Assembly: GCA_964520615.1 (NCBI GenBank)
Contig: CAZFNL010000137.1
Span: forward strand, 84,898 to 148,897
Source: an uncultured Gammaproteobacteria bacterium
Lineage (GTDB): Bacteria; Patescibacteriota; Microgenomatia; 2-02-FULL-39-11
DNA: 64,000 bases
Reading direction: 5' to 3'
Part shown: one piece after another, positions 58,546-64,000 of the stretch
Layout of the letters: each line of letters opens with the position of its first letter
Position numbering within the stretch: position 1 is the first letter of the stretch
Translations under genes and position numbers: made by a program
Notes under the pieces: model-generated
The model's input: only the letters and a program-made list of their open reading frames with translations
What the model was told of the DNA's origin: nothing
The model's database searches: none

Positions 58546-60254
58546 CTTAATTTTGTGTCCCGAAATAATGATACATATACTAACAAAATTAGGCTTAAAA
58601 TGGAAATGGCATTTGACAGTGTTCTCACAAGTGTATTGCCGAAATTGAATTCCAATATATGATTCCCGGAAGAAACAAAAACATCTATAAGTCCGTTTTT
58701 GACACTTATTACCTCATTTTTTCCGTCAATTTTGGCCTGCCAGCCGGGAAAATAGGCTATTTGGGAAGTAAAACTTCCTTTTTGTGAGACATATATACTA
58801 TATTTTTTCTGCGTGGCCGACTCCGCCAAAATACTCAATATATTCAAATTGCTGCCCGATATCAGATTGTGGTAGACAACTTCTGACTGCCTTTTTGGGA
58901 TAAAAATTCCCGGTGGCAAATACTCATCTGATATTTTGGAAATCTTAAATCTCAAATTGTCAGAACTTGTGTAGTAAGACTGCTGAAACTGGACATATTC
59001 TTTAGGCTGGAAATACTTATAATTCAGAAAAACAGCGGGAATAACAAGTATTATAGCAAGTGGCATGGCAAATTTCCTTTTCAAAGGCAAAAATACGACG
59101 GCTGATACGGCCGAAAGGCTAAAGACGGCAAATGTCAGAAAACGCCAGGGATACTGTATAAAGGAAAATCCCGGAAGAATCCGCCAAAATAGTGATGACT
59201 CCTCCAGCATAAAATAAACCGATATGGGAAAGATGGCAAATATCAACAGAATGAATCTAAATATGCCCTCCGACAGCTTTTTGCGGAAGTATAGGAAAAA
59301 TAAAACCGCAACTGACAACAACCCCAAAAAAAGATTGTACTTCCCTATCTTAAAAGATAATCCATCTGCCCTACCGGGAGATGAACCGCCATACCCCCAC
59401 GGGGAATTCCACAGCTGGTCTGGATAGACAAAATTTGACGAATAATTGCTTCCACCCATTGTAAGGCTTTCCACCCTGGTGTATCCTTTTTCAATTACAG
59501 CAGGTATGGTAAAAAAAGCTGACAGACCGACTCCCAATGCAACTGTAAGAATAAGTGAAAATAACAGGCTGAAACCCCTCTTTTTTATTAAACTGTAAAT
59601 AAAGAGAAACAAAAGCCCGCAAGAAATAAAATACAGAGTGACCATTCCCAATATATTGTGTGACAAAAGAATCCCTGCAAGGCCGTCAGAAGCCAAAAGG
59701 AGACCCAAACTTTTGTCTTTACCCCTTTTATTCTCTTTTTTATTTTCGCTTTTTTGGATTAAAAAGAGACCCAAAAAGAATAGCGGCAAAAAAGCCAAAG
59801 CATAATACTCTCCCACTGCTCCCCTGACATATATATCTACCGCATGATAAGGAACATATGTAAAAATGACTGCAGATACAATACCGGCCATATTTCCGGC
59901 AATTTCTCTGCCTAAAAAATACATTGATACTAAAGCCAGAAGGATTCCGACTGCGTACATCGTCTTAGTTGCAGATATCGCATCCATTCCGAGGATGTTA
60001 AAAGCAGCACCTACATAATAAGGCAAAGGCGCATAAAAATTGAAAATGGGATAACCGTATCCATATCCCAAATCCTGAACCATTCGGACCGGAAACTGTC
60101 CTTCTTTCAGAGCTTTGGCCATCTCATACACACGGGAGGGCTGGGTATCGTCGTGTACAGGAAAAAAACCGCGGACAAAAAGCGGCCTGACAACCAAATA
60201 TGATAGCAGGAAAATGACAGCAATGCAGACGACTTGCACAAAAAATCGTCTCAT
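58521..60254 (-). CDS. PTPS-related/YfhO-like membrane protein (GT-C fold)
   Basis: HDD, GQFPVR...GYGYPIFNFY, YVRGAVGE, QYPWRF and YFPGW motifs. Confidence 0.82.
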   Translation of the reverse strand: MRRFFVQVVCIAVIFLLSYLVVRPLFVRGFFPVHDDTQPSRVYEMAKALKEGQFPVRMVQDLGYGYGYPIFNFYAPLPYYVGAAFNILGMDAISATKTMYAVGILLALVSMYFLGREIAGNMAGIVSAVIFTYVPYHAVDIYVRGAVGEYYALAFLPLFFLGLFLIQKSENKKENKRGKDKSLGLLLASDGLAGILLSHNILGMVTLYFISCGLLFLFIYSLIKKRGFSLLFSLILTVALGVGLSAFFTIPAVIEKGYTRVESLTMGGSNYSSNFVYPDQLWNSPWGYGGSSPGRADGLSFKIGKYNLFLGLLSVAVLFFLYFRKKLSEGIFRFILLIFAIFPISVYFMLEESSLFWRILPGFSFIQYPWRFLTFAVFSLSAVSAVVFLPLKRKFAMPLAIILVIPAVFLNYKYFQPKEYVQFQQSYYTSSDNLRFKISKISDEYLPPGIFIPKRQSEVVYHNLISGSNLNILSILAESATQKKYSIYVSQKGSFTSQIAYFPGWQAKIDGKNEVISVKNGLIDVFVSSGNHILEFNFGNTLVRTLSNAISILSLILLVYVSLFRDTKLRWPIRKNQ

Positions 60255-60261
60255 AAAAAGA

Positions 60262-61899
60262 TTAGGCAGAAGGGCGTTTAATTAATCGAAGGACAAGAGA
60301 TCTTAAAAGCAAGACTGCTGCAGCCGATAAACTAAACAGGGATATCATATCAGACCAGAATCTGACCGGGGTTTCTGTAAATTTGCCCTCCACCAATTTG
60401 TTACCGACAGGAACATTAACTGTAATTAACCCTTGGGGACTTGACCGGTAATCTATGGGCACTTCAACTCCCCCAACATAAAATTTCCATCCGGGAAAAT
60501 ATATAGTGTTTATCGTCACTGTATTGGGCTGTTCCGTGATGGTTCTGAATGAGATTTCATGGGAATTATACTGCAAGTTGTACAAGGTAGATTTGGCTTT
60601 GGCAAGAATAGCTTTTGGTCCAGTATAGCGGTTTTCCGGTTTCTCTTTTACCCATATAGGCATCAGTTCATCTTTGGATGTAGTAGTAGCATCATTGGTA
60701 GCATAATAAACATCAGGTTTATTGATATATACATCCGGATGGGCGAAATTCAGACTGAATATCACTGTAACAACTACCAGTATTCCTCCTATTATTCTAG
60801 TATTCTTATGAGTGGAAAGGAAAATTGACGACATCGCAAGGAAGAATGCTAAAGGCGTCAGAAGCCTCCAGGGAAAATCAAGCCATGAAAGAGGAGGAGC
60901 ACTCCAGAAATCAGCCGAAAAGGGATGGGCGAAAAAGATTAAAACCGCAATTGAAGAAATGATAAAAATCGCAAGTGGCATATATTTTTTACGATCAATC
61001 TCAGATGAAACCATTAGGCTTATAAAACCCAAAATACCGGCCAATATATGCGCCCAACCCAACTGGAATGAAGGCTTGTCTCCCCAACTCCAAGGCGAAA
61101 GAAGAAAGTCAGGTAATCTGATAAAATTCTGGGAAACGTCAGCAAGCTTTATTTGAGAAAGAATAAGGTAATTTTTTTCCAAAAGTGCAGGTATATAAAA
61201 ATATGCCGCCAGTCCCAATCCCAATAAAATCATAGGAAGAAAATACCGCCAGGAGTAGAGTTTTATATCTTCATAATAAGAAATTACGGAAACATAAAGA
61301 AATACTATCCAAAATGGAAAAAAAACCAAAGCCATGATGTTATGAGCCAAAATCATAAACGCCAAAACAAATGAACACAGTACCATTTTTACCGAAGTAG
61401 GTTTTAATACATACTTCAAAGACAGATAAAATAGAAGCGGAAAAATAGCCAGACTGAGCGATTCGCCTATAGATCCCCTAACATACAAATCAACCAGTCT
61501 GAATGGAGCCACAGTATAAAACACAGCAGATAGAAACCCGGCATAATCGCCTGCCAGTTCTCTCCCGAGAAGAAACATAAAAATCGCAGAAAAAAAGACG
61601 CTTGCAACAAATATAATTTTTATAGAATCAGTAAGACCTATATGCACCAGTCGGAAAAGTATTCCTATATAAAAAGGTGCTGGGTAGGTAAATGAAAAAA
61701 GAGGGTAACCGTACCCGTGGTTAAGATAATCTGACCAGCGAGGCGGAACCTGCAAGTCTTTTATTTCACGTTGCATTTCAGCCAGGCGCACTATCGACCA
61801 TTCACCGTCCTGAGTGGCAAAAAAGCCTGTTCTGAAATATGGCTTGGTATATAAAAGTACGACTATTAATATGACAATAAAAGGCAGAAATCTTCTCAT
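60262..61899 (-). CDS. PTPS-related/YfhO-like membrane protein (GT-C fold)
   Basis: QDG, PPRW...GYGYPLFSF, YVRGSIGE, DFPWR and IYFPGW motifs. Confidence 0.82.
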   Translation of the reverse strand: MRRFLPFIVILIVVLLYTKPYFRTGFFATQDGEWSIVRLAEMQREIKDLQVPPRWSDYLNHGYGYPLFSFTYPAPFYIGILFRLVHIGLTDSIKIIFVASVFFSAIFMFLLGRELAGDYAGFLSAVFYTVAPFRLVDLYVRGSIGESLSLAIFPLLFYLSLKYVLKPTSVKMVLCSFVLAFMILAHNIMALVFFPFWIVFLYVSVISYYEDIKLYSWRYFLPMILLGLGLAAYFYIPALLEKNYLILSQIKLADVSQNFIRLPDFLLSPWSWGDKPSFQLGWAHILAGILGFISLMVSSEIDRKKYMPLAIFIISSIAVLIFFAHPFSADFWSAPPLSWLDFPWRLLTPLAFFLAMSSIFLSTHKNTRIIGGILVVVTVIFSLNFAHPDVYINKPDVYYATNDATTTSKDELMPIWVKEKPENRYTGPKAILAKAKSTLYNLQYNSHEISFRTITEQPNTVTINTIYFPGWKFYVGGVEVPIDYRSSPQGLITVNVPVGNKLVEGKFTETPVRFWSDMISLFSLSAAAVLLLRSLVLRLIKRPSA

Positions 61900-63393
61900 T
61901 TATCGTTTATTTATTATACCTGGCTGCACCAACACCTGGTAAAAAAGTAAAAATGTATCACTGTTGCCTCTCCTGTATTTCCCGATAAGTTTTAATGGCC
62001 AGTTGGAAGGTACTTGCTGGGTTTCCTTAAAAACCAGGTATGTCGGATACTTTTTTGCGCTTTCCAAAAGCACGGATGGAATATTCCCTACTGGCCAGTA
62101 ACCGTGTATATCTATATTTTTGTCATTACCCAGATATATCTGAAAAACCGCAGGAAAAAGCCCAAAGGTACCTTCGGTCCCCAATACGATTTTACCATAT
62201 GATGATTTATCTTTAAGATATGTTATTACCTCATTCACCCCGTAACCAGAAGGCCAATTGTTAAATAACTGATTCCTGTCAGTGACAGGTATGGCTGCAT
62301 TTACCGGATTTGTGAGCAAAAGAAATGATTGATATAAAGGAAAGATCACTATAATCGGAATCACAATAAGAAATGCCTTCATTTTTTTCGACGAAAAAGA
62401 ACCAAAAGCGGTAAGAGTATAACCAACTATAACAAGAAGCGACATTGTCATAAAAAGAAGAAATCTTGGAAAAAGCACCTTACCAAAGGCAGCCAGTGCC
62501 AAAAAAGGCACTAAAAACCAAAAGTATAAAAGAGCCAATCTATTATCTTTTTTAATAATTGCAAATATAAAAATGACAATAAGCACAACATCAACAGGAA
62601 CAGTCATATAAGGAATTAAAAACTGAAGCAATCCGTGTAGATTCGGCAGAAATACAGAAAATGGTGCATGAAAAAATTCCGGCACTGTGTATATGAAGGA
62701 ATAATTCTTTTGCTTTATAAGATAAAACCACGGAGATAATCTCAAAGAGTTATACATTACTTCAGCGATAAAGGTACTTATCAGGCTCAGACCAACCCAT
62801 TTAAGAAGCCTTCTTATTTTTTTCTTTGCCTTAAAATCAAATAAGACTAAGCTGAAAGGCAAAAGCAGAATATAAAAAAGGGCGGAAGACTTGGTCAAAA
62901 GTCCCAATCCTACAGTCATTCCCAAAAGAAGAGCAACATCAAGTCTGATTTTTTTAACTAGAAGAATTTCCAGATAAAGACTCCATATTCCTATAGTTGC
63001 CAAAAGACTGTCCATAAGCGCCAACCTATCATACAGAAGGTTAAAAGGTGCTATCATATATAATATAGAGCTTGCTACAGCAGCTTTCTTACCAAAAAGA
63101 TTTCTTGCCACAAGATATATACCCACTACCGCTGCCACTCCAGAAAGCACCGAGACAAACCTACCGGCAAAAAGTGGGTCATGAAAAAGCTTGAACATGG
63201 GATACATGAACCATGTCAAAAGGGGTTGTTTGCCGTCGGTAAGTGCTATATACCTTTGAGCAGGATCTGCCAGCCCGATTTGGGCCCAACGGATGTATAT
63301 AGCCTCATCGGTAAAAATAGGTATATTCAAGAGATTTACCACTCTTGTAACAAATGTCACAATAGCAATACCAATAACCAATAATACTTCCAT
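61900..63393 (-). CDS. ArnT/PMT-like GT-C glycosyltransferase
   Basis: PIFTDEAIY, DGKQPL, YDRLALMD, LTK and FPRF motifs. Confidence 0.85.
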   Translation of the reverse strand: MEVLLVIGIAIVTFVTRVVNLLNIPIFTDEAIYIRWAQIGLADPAQRYIALTDGKQPLLTWFMYPMFKLFHDPLFAGRFVSVLSGVAAVVGIYLVARNLFGKKAAVASSILYMIAPFNLLYDRLALMDSLLATIGIWSLYLEILLVKKIRLDVALLLGMTVGLGLLTKSSALFYILLLPFSLVLFDFKAKKKIRRLLKWVGLSLISTFIAEVMYNSLRLSPWFYLIKQKNYSFIYTVPEFFHAPFSVFLPNLHGLLQFLIPYMTVPVDVVLIVIFIFAIIKKDNRLALLYFWFLVPFLALAAFGKVLFPRFLLFMTMSLLVIVGYTLTAFGSFSSKKMKAFLIVIPIIVIFPLYQSFLLLTNPVNAAIPVTDRNQLFNNWPSGYGVNEVITYLKDKSSYGKIVLGTEGTFGLFPAVFQIYLGNDKNIDIHGYWPVGNIPSVLLESAKKYPTYLVFKETQQVPSNWPLKLIGKYRRGNSDTFLLFYQVLVQPGIINKR

Positions 63394-63407
63394 AACAATC
63401 TCAAGCC

Positions 63408-63416
63408 ATTATAGCA
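63408..63416 (-). promoter_or_regulatory. Extended -10 promoter (TGcTATAAT)
   Basis: TGCTATAAT on the minus strand, 14 nt upstream of the ATG at 63393. Confidence 0.6.
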
Positions 63417-63453
63417 TTTATAACTCATTAAAAAGACATTTGTCAGACTGACT

Positions 63454-64000
63454 TTACGGTTTTGGGAAACATAGCTGACGAAGAAGTACAAGTATAAAAA
63501 CTGTAAAAACAGGTAGTACAAATAGTAAATTCTCCATGGGAAGTACACTACCTGAATAATCTCCCGCAAAGATAAAAGGAGCATACCGCAACATTGCCCC
63601 CAAAGTTAGAAAAACCGTAAACAGCTTCAGATTGAAACTCTTGCGAATAAGAGCTGTTATTCCCACAAGAGGTATGAAATACCATGGGTACGGCTCCCTA
63701 TAAATTATTTCCGCTCCTATTCCCAAAAAAGTTAAAAGGTACAAAGTGTATAAACCCCATCTGCCCAGTTCTACTTTCCTAAATTTATGCAGAATAAAAA
63801 CCGGCAACAGTAAAAGCGTGGCATATTTTACGCCTGCAGAGAGGAAAATTGCCAAAAAGCCTGAGATTTCTTTTTTTTTAAGGAAGAAAAGATAAATAGC
63901 CGCTAGAAGAAAAGTTAGCATCAACACCTCGTTATGAGGACTGACTATTGACTCAATTATTACAAGTGGGTTAAGTGCAAAAAAAGCTACAGATGCGGTA
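63454..64000 (-). CDS. GT-C membrane protein, MptA/MptB (alpha-1,6-mannosyltransferase)-like; 5' end lies outside the window
   Basis: The frame stays open to the window edge: AFFALNPLVIIESIVSPHNEVLM...SAGVKY...YPWY. Confidence 0.72.
   Translation of the reverse strand, partial: TASVAFFALNPLVIIESIVSPHNEVLMLTFLLAAIYLFFLKKKEISGFLAIFLSAGVKYATLLLLPVFILHKFRKVELGRWGLYTLYLLTFLGIGAEIIYREPYPWYFIPLVGITALIRKSFNLKLFTVFLTLGAMLRYAPFIFAGDYSGSVLPMENLLFVLPVFTVFILVLLRQLCFPKP

Noticed and set aside
63370-63383. ACCAATA x2 at the start of the 61900-63393 gene
   Set aside because: Only two units; this could be chance in hydrophobic codons.

Overview
This window is a ~64 kb cell-surface glycosylation super-locus read in genetic code 11. 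It is AT-rich, densely packed, mostly on the minus strand, and many genes are coupled by ATGA/GTGA overlaps. Gene content and style resemble Patescibacteria (CPR), most like Microgenomates; this is an inference. It holds about 17 predicted GT-C-fold membrane glycosyltransferases, including a tandem array of 8 ArnT/PMT-like paralogs (one lacks the catalytic DE loop). It also has about 6 polyprenol-phosphate-sugar synthase-type GT2s, further GT2/GT4 enzymes, a Wzx flippase, NDP-sugar enzymes, and AsnB/carbamoyltransferase tailoring genes. The most unusual part is 5-18 kb. There, plus-strand CDP-3,6-dideoxyhexose genes (rfbF-rfbG ... rfbH) bracket a cassette encoding a YerE-like ThDP enzyme, two reductases, a divergent 3-dehydroquinate-synthase-like cyclase, an HpcH-type aldolase, a sugar methyltransferase and lipid-carrier GTs. 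This is a candidate pathway for a branched or carbocyclic sugar. A second, sequence-level signal is a set of degenerate 7-bp-period micro-arrays that fill spacers and have inserted in frame into enzymes. Several genes look leaderless. I found no rRNA, tRNA, CRISPR array or intact transposase.
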